From: Bacteroidales bacterium
GTDB lineage: Bacteria; Bacteroidota; Bacteroidia; Bacteroidales; GWA2-32-17
Direction of reading: 5' to 3'
Length of the DNA stretch: 60,274 bases
NCBI GenBank assembly: GCA_026417155.1
Contig: JAOADU010000035.1
Coordinates: 1-60,274 of the forward strand
Both the position numbers and the translations under genes were made by a program. Below are positions 48,309 through 59,800 of this stretch, piece by piece. The notes beneath the pieces were generated by a model. It was not told the DNA's origin. It saw only the letters and a program-made list of their open reading frames with translations, and searched no databases. Within the stretch, counting starts at the first letter, position 1; the number at the start of each line of letters is the position of its first letter.

Positions 48309-49160
48309 TTATAATAATATTTCTATATTATCTATGAGTCTTACTTGGTTGCAAAACACTGCTACACAACAATGGATGCTTCGATGTTGGCTTATATCGT
48401 TAACGGGCATCAGTGTTTGACTATCTACTACTTCAACGTATTCGACCTGAAATGGTGATACTGATTCGATGTTCGTTTTAACTTTCTGACATATTTCGTT
48501 TATTGAATATTTTTCGTCAATCCATTTTTTTACTTGAATAAGTGTTTTAAAAATAATAGAAGCTTTATTTCGTTCATCTTCCGATAAACGTAAATTGCGA
48601 GAACTCATGGCCAATCCGTTTGTTTCTCTCACAATATCGCACTCAACTATTTCGATAGGATAATTAAAATCTCTTACAATCTTTTTAATGATAGTTAATT
48701 GTTGAAAATCTTTTTTTCCAAAATATGCTTTATGAGGATTGATAATGTCAAATAGTTTAGTTACTATTTTTACAACTCCCTGAAAATGTCCGGGTCTGTA
48801 TTTGCCTTCCATAATTTGTTCTAAATAACCAAGCTCAAAGTATCGTGTATCGGGTTCGGGATACATTTCTTCTTCATTAGGCATAAACAGTAAATCGCAA
48901 CTGCCAGATTGTCGTAGCTTTTCTATATCAGATTCGAAAATTCGTGGATATTTTTCAAAATCTTCGCGGTTATTGAATTGTGTTGGATTAACAAAAATAC
49001 TTACAACTACGAAATTGCAATCAGAACGAGCCTTGCGAATTAATGCTAAATGTCCTTCGTGAAGAGCACCCATAGTGGGCACGAAACCTATAGTAGTTCG
49101 ATTCTTTTGTTCAGTTGTTAAAATTTGCTTTGCTTCAGAGATGGTTTTACAAATGAGCAT
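48309..49160 (-). CDS. panC: Pantoate--beta-alanine ligase
   Basis: GFVPTMGALHEGHLALI HIGH-type motif, FGKKDFQQL, SSRN. Confidence 0.93.
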   Translation of the reverse strand: MLICKTISEAKQILTTEQKNRTTIGFVPTMGALHEGHLALIRKARSDCNFVVVSIFVNPTQFNNREDFEKYPRIFESDIEKLRQSGSCDLLFMPNEEEMYPEPDTRYFELGYLEQIMEGKYRPGHFQGVVKIVTKLFDIINPHKAYFGKKDFQQLTIIKKIVRDFNYPIEIVECDIVRETNGLAMSSRNLRLSEDERNKASIIFKTLIQVKKWIDEKYSINEICQKVKTNIESVSPFQVEYVEVVDSQTLMPVNDISQHRSIHCCVAVFCNQVRLIDNIEILL

Positions 49161-49173
49161 TTTTGCTGCAAAA

Positions 49174-50826
49174 TTAATGTATTTTTTTGGTTTCTTGTTC
49201 TGCTAAAGCAAAAGTAAACAACGTATAGAATAAAACTACAAAACTAACACCTGCCTGGGTTTCTAATGTGTCTTCCGTTAAAAATGAAAGTAAGCATATG
49301 ATGAAAAATGTTATTTTAATGACTCGATAATTTTTTGATATTTCTTTTAAAAAAGGCAGAATAAAAGCAATAAAAACGGCTAAAAATCCGAACAAACCAA
49401 AACTAATGAAAAATGTAAGATATTGATTGTGAGCACGATGACGAATATTTTCATTCAGTTTTGTTTCATACTTGAAATATGCTTCGTTAAAGGCTTCTTG
49501 TACGTTACCAGTTCCAACACCAATCCAAAAGTTATTCTGAATAATTTTTATGGCTGTTTTTTGGTATTCTATTCGCTGAAACAATGAACTACCAGCTACT
49601 TTATCTAAATAAAAGTAATTATAAAATTCCCATACAAACGAATATAGGTACGAATACAACGAAAAACGTTTTAAATAGATAACGTTAGGGATACCTTTTT
49701 CTATAGCTTTTATATCTTGATCGGATAATTGATTGATACCAATCGAATCTTTTGTCAAGCCTTTAGACGTTAAATATCGAATCAATGTATATTTAATTTT
49801 ATTTCCTTTTAAGTCGTAACCGTCATATTTGTAATCACTTTTTTTGTTCCATTCTCTTTTAAGCTCTTCTTCGACAAAGTAAAAATATACACGCTTACCA
49901 TTTTCAACTTCTTTGCTTTCTTCTAAAAATACAAATGGTTTATTATTAATATTATATATTACTTTATTAGGAATCTTCGAATGGTATGCATTTAGAAAAT
50001 CTTTGTATATATGATATAATGTATAACTAACATAGCATAGAATCGAAACTAAAATTGCCATTGAAATGACAAATTTTTTTAAATCGAAATTCCTGAAAAT
50101 ATGTATAATTAGCAAAAACAATATTAGTGCAATAAACAAAAATACAGCTGTATTTACACGTAGAATAAAAATAATAGCGACTAAAAATATTAAATTAATT
50201 AACAATATTAGCTTTTGTTTTTGATTAGAATCATTGATTTTCAAATAGTAAAAAAGTATCACAACAGAAAAAACAATCATTAGTGAATAACGTACGTGGG
50301 AGATAAATGGTATAAAATTTCTGTAATCTATAATTCCTAAGTGATCCTTAAATATGTATCTAACTATTCCAATAAATCCGACAAAAGTTACTGCCGAAGT
50401 AAAACTCAATAATATCCATTTTATTTCTTTCGAACTGAAAGGTTGAGAAGTAGCCATAAAAATCGGTAAAAGCATTAAAGGCAATTTTATTCTTAAATCA
50501 TTTAAAGCATAATCGATATTTTGAGGTTGTGGAAAAAATGTCCAAAGAATGTGTATAAGATACATACTAATAAAAAGCCATAAGCATCGGTTTGTTTTAA
50601 ATCGAAGCCATTTATTTTTAAAATTTCCTTCGATGAGCCAATTAATGTAAATAATAAATTGAGATACGCTCATTAAAAAAACCGATAAAGGTAAAGCAAT
50701 TGCAAATAAAACGACACCTAGTATGTATATGTAGCGATGCAGCTCTTTTGAAAAAATCATAACGACATCAATAACGAAACCCCAAAAAAAATATTGTGAT
50801 TGATAAATAAAATTTGCAAAAGTCAT
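49174..50826 (-). CDS. O-antigen ligase (Wzy_C)-family membrane protein with large internal soluble loop
   Basis: 550 aa, more than 10 TM. RHRAHNQYLTFFISFGLFG resembles the Wzy_C/WaaL signature. Confidence 0.65.
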   Translation of the reverse strand: MTFANFIYQSQYFFWGFVIDVVMIFSKELHRYIYILGVVLFAIALPLSVFLMSVSQFIIYINWLIEGNFKNKWLRFKTNRCLWLFISMYLIHILWTFFPQPQNIDYALNDLRIKLPLMLLPIFMATSQPFSSKEIKWILLSFTSAVTFVGFIGIVRYIFKDHLGIIDYRNFIPFISHVRYSLMIVFSVVILFYYLKINDSNQKQKLILLINLIFLVAIIFILRVNTAVFLFIALILFLLIIHIFRNFDLKKFVISMAILVSILCYVSYTLYHIYKDFLNAYHSKIPNKVIYNINNKPFVFLEESKEVENGKRVYFYFVEEELKREWNKKSDYKYDGYDLKGNKIKYTLIRYLTSKGLTKDSIGINQLSDQDIKAIEKGIPNVIYLKRFSLYSYLYSFVWEFYNYFYLDKVAGSSLFQRIEYQKTAIKIIQNNFWIGVGTGNVQEAFNEAYFKYETKLNENIRHRAHNQYLTFFISFGLFGFLAVFIAFILPFLKEISKNYRVIKITFFIICLLSFLTEDTLETQAGVSFVVLFYTLFTFALAEQETKKIH

Positions 50827-50916
50827 TATTTGCTATTAATATTGCAAAACTTTTCTGGTTTCGAGAATATTTCATTCCTAAACCAATTCAAAATCAAAAA
50901 AATCAAATCATAGCTT

Positions 50917-52617
50917 ATGTTAGATGCTACTGAATTAATGACAAAAAAATTAACCGAATTACGTAAAATTGCAAAAGAACTTAAAATAAAGTATGCCGAT
51001 ACGTTAAAGAAAGAGGAGCTAATTCAACGAATCATTGAAGTTGAATTGAAAAGTTCTGACAACGATGATAACAGAAGCATTGAAGTATCATTTGACTCGG
51101 CCATTAATAATAAAGAAAATATCACACCCGAGACTGCAGATATATCTCAATTAGTCGTTAATGAAGAAGAACAAGTTAAACGTAAACGTAAAAGAAAAGT
51201 TGTTGCAACCAAAGAAGTTCAACCATCTTTAATATTCTCGACTAATATTGAAGAAACAAACAAAAAAGCCGAAGAAGAAATTATCCCTCGTTCACTTCAA
51301 GAAGGGTTTGACGAAGAACCATTATTTATTGAAGAAAAATCCGATAACCAAATTTTAGAAACATCTGAAACTGAAGTTAAAGAGAATTTTACTGAAGTAG
51401 AATCGGAAGATAGAGCAAGTAAAGAAATAAAAACAACACATACTCCGTACAAAAATGGCTCTTCCGAAAAAAAGCCAATAGATAAAAACAACGATTTTGA
51501 TGGAATCGTTTCCACTGTTGGTGTGCTGGAAATAATGCCCGAAAATTATGGTTTTCTTCGTTCACCCGATTATAATTATTTAGCATCGCCCGATGATGTA
51601 TATGTTTCTCAATCTCAAATTAAATTATTTGGCTTAAAAACGGGCGATACAATAAAAGGTACTGTTCGCCCACCCAAAGAAGGGGAAAAATTCTTTCCAT
51701 TAGTGAAAATTGAAGAAATTAATGGTTTGCCACCCGAAATGGTACGCGAACGCATTCCTTTCGATCATCTTACTCCACTATTCCCCAACGAAAAGTTTAA
51801 TATTGCCACAGGACCTAAAGCAACTATATCAACACGTATCGTTGACATGTTTGCACCTATTGGCAAAGGACAGCGTGGACTTATTGTTGCACAACCTAAA
51901 ACAGGTAAGACAGTTTTACTTCAGGAAATAGCGAATGCTATTGCATATAATCATCCCGAAGTATATTTAATGATATTGCTAATAGACGAGCGTCCCGAAG
52001 AAGTAACCGACATGGAGCGTAACGTTTATGCCGAAGTTATTAGTTCTACATTCGACGAACCAGCTGAGCGACACGTAAAAATAGCCAATATTGTGTTAGA
52101 AAAAGCTAAACGAATGGTCGAATGTGGTCACGATGTGGTTATCTTGCTCGATTCTATTACTCGTCTGGCACGAGCATATAACACAGTTGCTCCTGCGTCA
52201 GGAAAAATATTAACCGGAGGAGTAGATTCAAATGCCTTGCACAAACCCAAAAGATTTTTTGGTTCGGCACGTAATATAGAAAATGGTGGTTCGTTAACAA
52301 TAATTGCAACAGCATTAACGGAAACAGGCTCCAAGATGGATGATGTTATTTTTGAAGAATTCAAAGGAACGGGCAATATGGAATTACAGCTTGATCGTAA
52401 ATTAGCCAATAAACGTATTTTCCCGGCAGTTGATATTTTAGCATCCAGCACCCGTCGCGAAGAATTGCTTCATCCACAAGAAGTACTTAATAGAATTTGG
52501 ATTTTAAGAAATTATCTTTCCGATATGACACCTGTTGAAGCTATGGAGTTTTTTAAAGAAAGACTTGCCAGAACTCAAACAAATGAAGAGTTTTTAATAA
52601 CAATGAGTAGTGAATAA
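50917..52617 (+). CDS. rho: Transcription termination factor Rho with ~150-aa N-terminal insertion
   Basis: N-terminal helix bundle ([13 protein letters not shown]), CSD-like [30 protein letters not shown] Walker A, C-terminal RELLHPQE. 566 aa versus 419 in E. coli. Confidence 0.95.
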   Translation: MLDATELMTKKLTELRKIAKELKIKYADTLKKEELIQRIIEVELKSSDNDDNRSIEVSFDSAINNKENITPETADISQLVVNEEEQVKRKRKRKVVATKEVQPSLIFSTNIEETNKKAEEEIIPRSLQEGFDEEPLFIEEKSDNQILETSETEVKENFTEVESEDRASKEIKTTHTPYKNGSSEKKPIDKNNDFDGIVSTVGVLEIMPENYGFLRSPDYNYLASPDDVYVSQSQIKLFGLKTGDTIKGTVRPPKEGEKFFPLVKIEEINGLPPEMVRERIPFDHLTPLFPNEKFNIATGPKATISTRIVDMFAPIGKGQRGLIVAQPKTGKTVLLQEIANAIAYNHPEVYLMILLIDERPEEVTDMERNVYAEVISSTFDEPAERHVKIANIVLEKAKRMVECGHDVVILLDSITRLARAYNTVAPASGKILTGGVDSNALHKPKRFFGSARNIENGGSLTIIATALTETGSKMDDVIFEEFKGTGNMELQLDRKLANKRIFPAVDILASSTRREELLHPQEVLNRIWILRNYLSDMTPVEAMEFFKERLARTQTNEEFLITMSSE

Positions 52618-52645
52618 TCCTTTCAAATTTAATAAAGACGTAAAA

Positions 52646-52674
52646 TTTGGTTATTAAACATTTTTTATATTTGT
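52646..52674 (+). promoter_or_regulatory. Candidate promoter of the PFOR gene (TTTG N17 TATATTTG)
   Basis: -33 TTTG at 52646-52649 and -7 TATATTTG at 52667-52674, about 65 nt before ATG 52740. Confidence 0.45.
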
Positions 52675-52739
52675 ACTATAAAATAGCTTTGAAGTGAAAT
52701 TATCTTTATGTTTAACCAATTCATTTAAAACATATTAAC

Positions 52740-55700
52740 ATGACAAAAGAAAAGAAATTTATCACCTGCGACGGTAATCATGCAGCTGCTCATGTAGCTT
52801 ACATGTTTAGCGAAATGGCATGTATTTATCCTATTACTCCATCGTCTAATATGGCAGAAAATGTTGACGAATGGGCAGCACAAGGACGAAAAAACATTTT
52901 CGGCGAAACTGTTAAAGTAATCGAAATGCAATCGGAAGCTGGTGCTGCCGGAGCAGTACACGGGGCTTTGCAAGCAGGTAGTCTTTGCACTACGTTTACG
53001 GCATCGCAAGGATTATTGCTCATGATACCCAATATGTTTAAAATATCTGGCGAATTGTTGCCCGGTGTATTTCATGTAAGTGCCCGCGCTATAGCTGCAC
53101 AAGCATTATCAATTTTTGGCGACCATAGCGATGTTATGTCTACACGCAACACAGGCTTTGCTATGTTAGCTACTGCATCGGTTCAAGAAATTATGGATTT
53201 AGCACCAGTAGCCCATTTAGCAGCCATTAAATCGCGCATTCCATTTTTACATTTTTTTGATGGATTTAGAACTTCGCATGAAATACAAAAAGTAGAGTAC
53301 TTCGATAATGAAGACATGGAAAAACTGCTCGACAAAAAAGCATTAAAAGAATTTAGAGATAGAGCATTAAACCCCAATCATCCTGTTACACGTGGTACAG
53401 CACAAAATCCCGATATTTATTTTCAGGCAAGGGAAGCTGCAAACCGCTTTTATGATGCAGTACCAGACATTGTTGAAGAATACATGCAGGAAATTACTAA
53501 ATTAACTGGCAGAGAATATCATCCATTCGATTATTACGGACATCCACAAGCCGAATATATTATTGTAGCAATGGGGTCTGTAACAGACACAATCAAAGAA
53601 GTTGTTGACTACAAACTTAAACGCGATGAAAAAGTAGGCTTAATTGCTGTTCATTTATATCGTCCTTTCTCGAAAAAATATTTCTTAAAAGTATTACCTA
53701 AAACAGTAAAACGTATTGCAGTATTAGATAGAACAAAAGAACCAGGTGCCATTGGAGAACCATTATACCTCGATGTAGTAAAAGTATTTTACGAAGAAGA
53801 GCATAAGCCATTAATTGTTGGTGGACGCTATGGCTTAAGTTCAAAGGATACAACTCCTGGAATGATTTTCTCGGTATTCGATAACTTATATCTCAATGAA
53901 CCCAAAAACCGCTTTACTGTTGGCATTATTGACGATGTTACGTTTACTTCGTTACCCATGCGAGATATTCAATGTATGTGCGAAGAAGGAATTTATGAGG
54001 CTAAATTTTATGGTATAGGTAGCGACGGGACAGTAGGTGCAAACAAAAATTCAATTAAAATTATTGCCGATAATACCGATAAATACGTACAAGCATATTT
54101 TGCATACGATAGTAAAAAATCGGGTGGTGTTACTATTTCGCACTTGCGTTTTGGTGATCGTGTACTTCGTTCACCTTATTTAGTTTGTAATCCCGATTTT
54201 GTTGCTTGTCATGTACCTGCATATCTCGATAAATATGATATGCTTAAAGGGTTAAAACGAGGAGGTACATTTTTATTAAATAGTATATGGGATGTAGAAG
54301 AAACGAAAGCTCATTTGCCCAATCACATGAAGAAATACTTGGCCGAAAATGATATTAACTTTTATATCATTAATGCTTCGCTTATTGCCGAAGAAATTGG
54401 CTTGCCCGGTCGTACTAACACAATAATGCAATCAGCTTTCTTCAAAGTTAGCAATATTATACCTTATGAAGTAGCTGTAAACGATATGATTGAAGCCGTT
54501 AAATATACATACGGCAAAAAAGGCGAAAAAGTCGTTCAAATGAATATTGATGCTATAAAGGCAGGTGAGAAAGTAATTAAGGTTGATATTCCCGAAGAAT
54601 GGAAGAATTTACCCGATAGCGTCGAAACAAAAGAAGATGAAAACTTACCAGATTTTATTAAAAATGTTATGAAACCCATTAATGCACTTAAAGGTGATGA
54701 ACTACCAGTTAGTGCATTTTTAGGAAGAGAAGACGGCACATTTCCAGCCGGTACTACAAAATATGAAAAACGTGGTATTGCAATTGAAGTTCCTGAATGG
54801 ATACCCGAAAATTGTATTCAATGTAATCAATGTTCGTATGTTTGTCCTCATGCAGCAATACGCCCATTTTTACTCAATGATGAAGAATTGAAAAATGCAC
54901 CCGACGGAACAAAAGTATTAAAAGCAAATGGTAAAGAATATGCAGGTTTGCATTTTAGAATACAAGTAAGTGTACTCGATTGTACAGGTTGTGGCAATTG
55001 TGTTGATGTTTGCCCTGCAAAAACAAAGGCTCTTCAATTTAGAATGCTCGAAACACAAAAAGACGAAATTAAACGATGGGAATATTTTGCTGAAAATGTT
55101 ACATATAAAACAATCGTTAATCCAGCATCTTCTGTAAAAGCAAGTCAATTTGCACAACCATTATTTGAGTTTTCTGGTGCTTGTCAAGGATGTGGCGAAA
55201 CTCCCTACATAAAGCTTATTTCTCAACTTTATGGAGACCGCATGATTGTTGCTAATGCTACCGGCTGTAGTTCTATTTACGGTGGCTCAGCACCATCTAC
55301 TCCTTATACTGCAAATAAAGAGGGCAAAGGTATTGCATGGGCTAATAGTTTGTTTGAAGATAATGCAGAATATGGCTTTGGAATTGTTTCTGGTGTAAAA
55401 AAATTGAGAGAACGAATAGCCCGGTACATGAACGAATTGCTTAATGATAACATCTTGCCTGAAACAAAAGAAGCCTTCAAAGAGTGGTTAGATACTATGC
55501 ACATAGGTGAAAAAACAAAAGAAACTTCTGCTAAAGTTGTTGTGCAATTGAAAAAAGAAACTCATCCATTGTGCAAAGAAATATTAGCATTAGAACAGTA
55601 TTTAATAAAGCCAAGTGTGTGGGTTATTGGTGGCGACGGTTGGGCATACGATATTGGTTTTGGGGGATTAGATCATGTAATAGCCTCAGGAGAAGATATT

Positions 55701-56282
55701 AACATATTAGTCCTCGATACAGAAGTTTATTCAAATACTGGTGGTCAAGCTTCTAAAGCATCACCATTGGCAGCAGTTGCCAAGTTTGCTGCAGCAGGTA
55801 AACGCATACGTAAGAAAGATTTAGGACTTATTGCTACAACATATGGTTATGTTTATGTAGCTCAAGTAAGTATGGGAGCAAGTCAATCGCAGTTCTTAAA
55901 AGCTGTTCGCGAAGCTGAAGCATATCAAGGTCCATCGGTAATTATTGCATATAGCCCATGTATAAATCACGGCTTACATAAAGGAATGGGAAAATCACAA
56001 GAACAAGCCAAGTTTGCCGTAGAATGTGGCTATTGGACTTTGTATCGTTACAATCCTGAATTAGAAAAATTTGGTCAAAACCCATTCCAAATAGATAGTA
56101 AAGAGCCCGATTGGTCTAAATTTCAGGAATTTATTAAGAGTGAGGTAAGATTTACTTCGTTGCTGAAAACATTTCCGCAAGACGCTGAAGTCTTATTTAA
56201 ACAAGCTGAAGAAAATGCCAAATGGCGTTATATGCAATATAAACGATTAGCTGCAAATATTTTAACGGAAAAAACAGTTTAA
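52740..56282 (+). CDS. nifJ: Pyruvate:ferredoxin (flavodoxin) oxidoreductase
   Basis: 1180 aa single-chain PFOR. N-terminal DGNHAAAHVAY, two ferredoxin-type clusters (CIQCNQCSYVCPHAAIRP; CTGCGNCVDVCPA), TPP-binding GGDGWAYDIGFGGLDH. Confidence 0.95.
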   Translation: MTKEKKFITCDGNHAAAHVAYMFSEMACIYPITPSSNMAENVDEWAAQGRKNIFGETVKVIEMQSEAGAAGAVHGALQAGSLCTTFTASQGLLLMIPNMFKISGELLPGVFHVSARAIAAQALSIFGDHSDVMSTRNTGFAMLATASVQEIMDLAPVAHLAAIKSRIPFLHFFDGFRTSHEIQKVEYFDNEDMEKLLDKKALKEFRDRALNPNHPVTRGTAQNPDIYFQAREAANRFYDAVPDIVEEYMQEITKLTGREYHPFDYYGHPQAEYIIVAMGSVTDTIKEVVDYKLKRDEKVGLIAVHLYRPFSKKYFLKVLPKTVKRIAVLDRTKEPGAIGEPLYLDVVKVFYEEEHKPLIVGGRYGLSSKDTTPGMIFSVFDNLYLNEPKNRFTVGIIDDVTFTSLPMRDIQCMCEEGIYEAKFYGIGSDGTVGANKNSIKIIADNTDKYVQAYFAYDSKKSGGVTISHLRFGDRVLRSPYLVCNPDFVACHVPAYLDKYDMLKGLKRGGTFLLNSIWDVEETKAHLPNHMKKYLAENDINFYIINASLIAEEIGLPGRTNTIMQSAFFKVSNIIPYEVAVNDMIEAVKYTYGKKGEKVVQMNIDAIKAGEKVIKVDIPEEWKNLPDSVETKEDENLPDFIKNVMKPINALKGDELPVSAFLGREDGTFPAGTTKYEKRGIAIEVPEWIPENCIQCNQCSYVCPHAAIRPFLLNDEELKNAPDGTKVLKANGKEYAGLHFRIQVSVLDCTGCGNCVDVCPAKTKALQFRMLETQKDEIKRWEYFAENVTYKTIVNPASSVKASQFAQPLFEFSGACQGCGETPYIKLISQLYGDRMIVANATGCSSIYGGSAPSTPYTANKEGKGIAWANSLFEDNAEYGFGIVSGVKKLRERIARYMNELLNDNILPETKEAFKEWLDTMHIGEKTKETSAKVVVQLKKETHPLCKEILALEQYLIKPSVWVIGGDGWAYDIGFGGLDHVIASGEDINILVLDTEVYSNTGGQASKASPLAAVAKFAAAGKRIRKKDLGLIATTYGYVYVAQVSMGASQSQFLKAVREAEAYQGPSVIIAYSPCINHGLHKGMGKSQEQAKFAVECGYWTLYRYNPELEKFGQNPFQIDSKEPDWSKFQEFIKSEVRFTSLLKTFPQDAEVLFKQAEENAKWRYMQYKRLAANILTEKTV

Positions 56283-56316
56283 TTTATTGAAGATTAAAAA
56301 ATTTCCCACATTAAAG

Positions 56317-56341
56317 GCTGTCAGAAATGACAGCTTTTTTG
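56317..56341 (+). terminator. Rho-independent terminator after the PFOR gene
   Basis: GCTGTCA-GAAA-TGACAGC followed by TTTTTTG. Confidence 0.75.
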
Positions 56342-56361
56342 TTATATAAAAATTTAATGAA

Positions 56362-56394
56362 TTTGTAAATAAAAACATACAATTTGTAAATTTG
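56362..56394 (+). promoter_or_regulatory. Candidate promoter (TTTG N21 TAAATTTG) embedded in an 11-bp direct repeat
   Basis: AATTTGTAAAT occurs at 56360-56370 and 56381-56391 (21-nt period). The first copy supplies TTTG and the second supplies TAAATTTG. Lies upstream of the 56488 gene and the giant surface protein. Confidence 0.35.
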
Positions 56395-56487
56395 AATAAT
56401 CGCCTTAAATATTTTGTTTTTAAAACACTTGAATAATAATAAAAGTTGCTATATTTTTGTCTGAAATTTGCTTAATAAAATTGTATT

Positions 56488-56838
56488 ATGAAAACTTATA
56501 TTCTATTCTTATTTATGTCGTTATTTTCGTCTTTAATGTTTTCTCAAACAAGTTCAACGAAGTATGTTAAAGTTAAGTATTTTTATGTAATTGATAATGT
56601 TAATTCAGAGTCTCAACTAAATGAATTAAAAGCAGATTTTCTTCAAATAAAAGGTGTTGATGAAGTTAAATTTGAATACAAACCAGAAAAAAAAAGAGCA
56701 AGAGCTATAATTTATACAACACAAAAAGTTAGACAATCCGAAAGCGATGATGAGTTTCGCATTACTGCATTGAAACAAGCTGTATTAAAACACAATATGA
56801 CGCCTTTCGATTTTAGTGAAGAAATAATTAATGATTAA
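56488..56838 (+). CDS. Small secreted protein, function unknown
   Basis: 116 aa, signal peptide MKTYILFLFMSLFSSLMFSQ, no Cys. ELKADFLQIKGVDEVKFEYKPEKKRARAIIY is vaguely HMA/ferredoxin-fold-like but lacks CxxC. Confidence 0.6.
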   Translation: MKTYILFLFMSLFSSLMFSQTSSTKYVKVKYFYVIDNVNSESQLNELKADFLQIKGVDEVKFEYKPEKKRARAIIYTTQKVRQSESDDEFRITALKQAVLKHNMTPFDFSEEIIND

Positions 56839-56858
56839 CTGTTGAAAATTAATTTGCT

Positions 56859-59800
56859 ATGAAAAAATATATTTGGTTACTTGCTTTTGCAAGTATTATT
56901 CGTCCTAATTTGTATGCTCAGGGCGATAATTGTTCTAATGCTACTACAATTTCCGTTACATCAAGTTGTACGAATCCGGTTTCGGGAACAACAGCCGGCG
57001 CAACTCAATCGTTTGCCGGGTGCGTTGGAACAGCCGACGATGACGTATGGTATAAATTTACAGCTACTGCAACCAGTCATATTATAACAGTAAGTGGCTC
57101 GTCGAATTTCGATGCTGTAGTTGAATTATTTTCCGGAACATGTGGTTCGCTTACTTCTTTATATTGTAAAGACAATACGCTTGCAGGGCAAAGCGAAACT
57201 ATTTACGCAACAGGTTTAACATCGGGAACAACGTATTATATTCGCGTTTATCATTATTATTCGGGCACAGGTTCTTCAACGTTTACTATATGTGTTACCA
57301 CACCACCTTCGCCACCTTCGAATGATAATTGTGCCAACGCTTCGACACTTCTGGTAAGTACAACTTGTAATTACACCAATGGTACCTCTTATGGTGCAAC
57401 GGCATCGTCAGTACCTTCATGTGCAGGTTCGCCCGATGATGATGTTTGGTATAAATTTACGGCAACCAATTCGGTTCAGACTATTACGGTAGATCCTTCA
57501 TCATCTATGGATCCTGTAGTGGAGCTATTTTCAGGCACTTGTACCAGCTTGAATTCACTTTATTGTCAAGATATGGGATTTACTGATGGTAACGAAGTTA
57601 TCAATGCTGTAGGATTAATCCCTGGTCAAACATATTATATAAGGGTTTATGATTACTACAATTCGAATGGTGGTGCACCTTTCCAAATTTGTGTTACTGG
57701 AAGTACTTCTTCGAATCCAATCAACGATGAATGTGCTAATGCTATAGAACTTCCTGAAGTAACTTCGGAATGTAATTATTATTATTTTACAACAACTAAT
57801 GCAACAACTTCTTCGCAACCAGCACCTTCAAATTGCGAAAATTTTGATGGTAGCCCCAATAGCGGTGGTTTTCAAGCCGGAACAAAAGATGTATGGTTTA
57901 AAATAAAAGTACCTTCAACAGGAGTTATTAGCATTAGACCTAGACCTAGTTATGGTATAAATGATGCAGCAATGGCATTATATTCAGGAACTTGTGGTTC
58001 GCTGACTCAAATTGCATGTTCTGATGATCATAATTATCCCGGAACAGCAAATGACATGAAACCATACATAAAAGCAACCGGATTAACTCCTGGAAGTTAT
58101 GTGTATCTTAGATATTGGGCGTTTGGTACAGGAAGTGGAGATTTTGCCATTTGTGTTGAATCGCCAACAAATGATGCTTGTTCGTCATCACTTTATATTT
58201 GCGATATAAATGGTTATTCGGGCTCTACAAGTGAAGCTTACACAATTGATAGACCATGTAATATGCGTGGTAATGCAGAAATGAACAATCCTCCTACGTA
58301 TACATATACTCCGGGAACTTGTCAGGGTGGAATTTTTGGAGCAGGAGGATCATGGGGACAAGGCGCACCAAATTGTGATGTTCGAATTGATAATAATTCT
58401 TGGATAAAATTTACAGCTTCAAACACAAGTGTTACTTTAAATGTACAAATAAGTAATTGTTGGGTTGGCAATTATCCATCTGGAGGAATTCAAATGCAAA
58501 TTTTTTCTGCAACCAATTGCTGCAATTTTCAGCCAGTTAGTGATTTTAAGGAGGGTTCGTCTGCACTAACCATAACAGCCAATAATTTAACCATTGGTCA
58601 AGATTATTATTTAATGATAGATGGTTTTGCAGGCGACATTTGCGATTATAGCATCACTGCAAATACAGGAGTTCAGTTTACTAGTATTACGGCAACATCA
58701 AGTTCAATTTGCTTAGGACAAAGTGTTACATTAACAGCACCATCGGGCGCAACCAGTTATTCTTGGCAGCCAGGTGGTCAAACAACACAAAGTATTGTGG
58801 TTTCTCCTGCTACAACAATGACTTATACATGTGAGGTTACTGGTGTTTGTGGTAATAAACAAACTTTGCAAAAAACAATTGTAGTAAATCCATTACCAAA
58901 TATTACCGTATCGAATAATGGTCCTATTTGTCAGGGGGCTACATTAAATCTCACTGCATCGGGTGGAGCTACTTACCAATGGACGGGACCGAATGGTTTT
59001 ACCAGTAACCAGCAAAATCCGTCTATTTCAAATGCAACAACTTCTAATTCTGGACCTTATAATGTAACAGTTACAACATCAGCAGGCTGCACAGGTACTT
59101 CAAACACTACAGTTACTGTAAATCCGGCTCCTTCGTCACCAACAGTTTCAGCTAGTCAAAATACTATTTGTCTAGGGCAAAGTACAACTATTAATGCTTC
59201 TGGAACAGGTGCTTCTTCATTTCAAGTATATAATCAACCCACAGGTGGAACTTTATTAGGAGTTACACCATTGCAGGTTTCGCCAACTTCTACAACTACA
59301 TATTATGTTCAGGCTGTGAGTGCTCAAGGTTGTACTAATATGGGTGGACGAGTACCTATTACAATTACTGTTAATCCAGTACCAGCAGCTACGGCATCAA
59401 GCAATAGTGGGCTATGTGCAGGTCAAACATTGCAGCTAAATGCTTCGGGTGGAACATCATATCAATGGTCGGGACCAAATGGATTTTCAAGCACACAACA
59501 AAATCCATCTATCACTAATGTTAATAGCAATAATGCGGGTACATATACTGTAACGGTATATAATTCTTATGGTTGTTCGGCAACAGCAACAACAAACGTT
59601 GCTGTAAATAATACTCCTAATGCTACAGCGAGCAGTAATTCGGCAATATGCTCTGGACAAACATTGAATTTATTTGCCAATGGTGGTGCAACATATCAAT
59701 GGTCAGGTCCCAATGGATTTAATAGTACGCAACAAAATCCTGTTATTCCAAATGCATCAGTGAATGCTGCGGGAACTTATTATGTTACTGTTAGCAATGG

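Noticed and set aside
56881-57087. 68-aa TTG-started ORF, and the minus-strand ORF 57615-57818
   Set aside because: Both fall inside the long open frame starting at ATG 56859. That frame has a signal peptide and conserved repeated modules, so these are alternative-frame artefacts.
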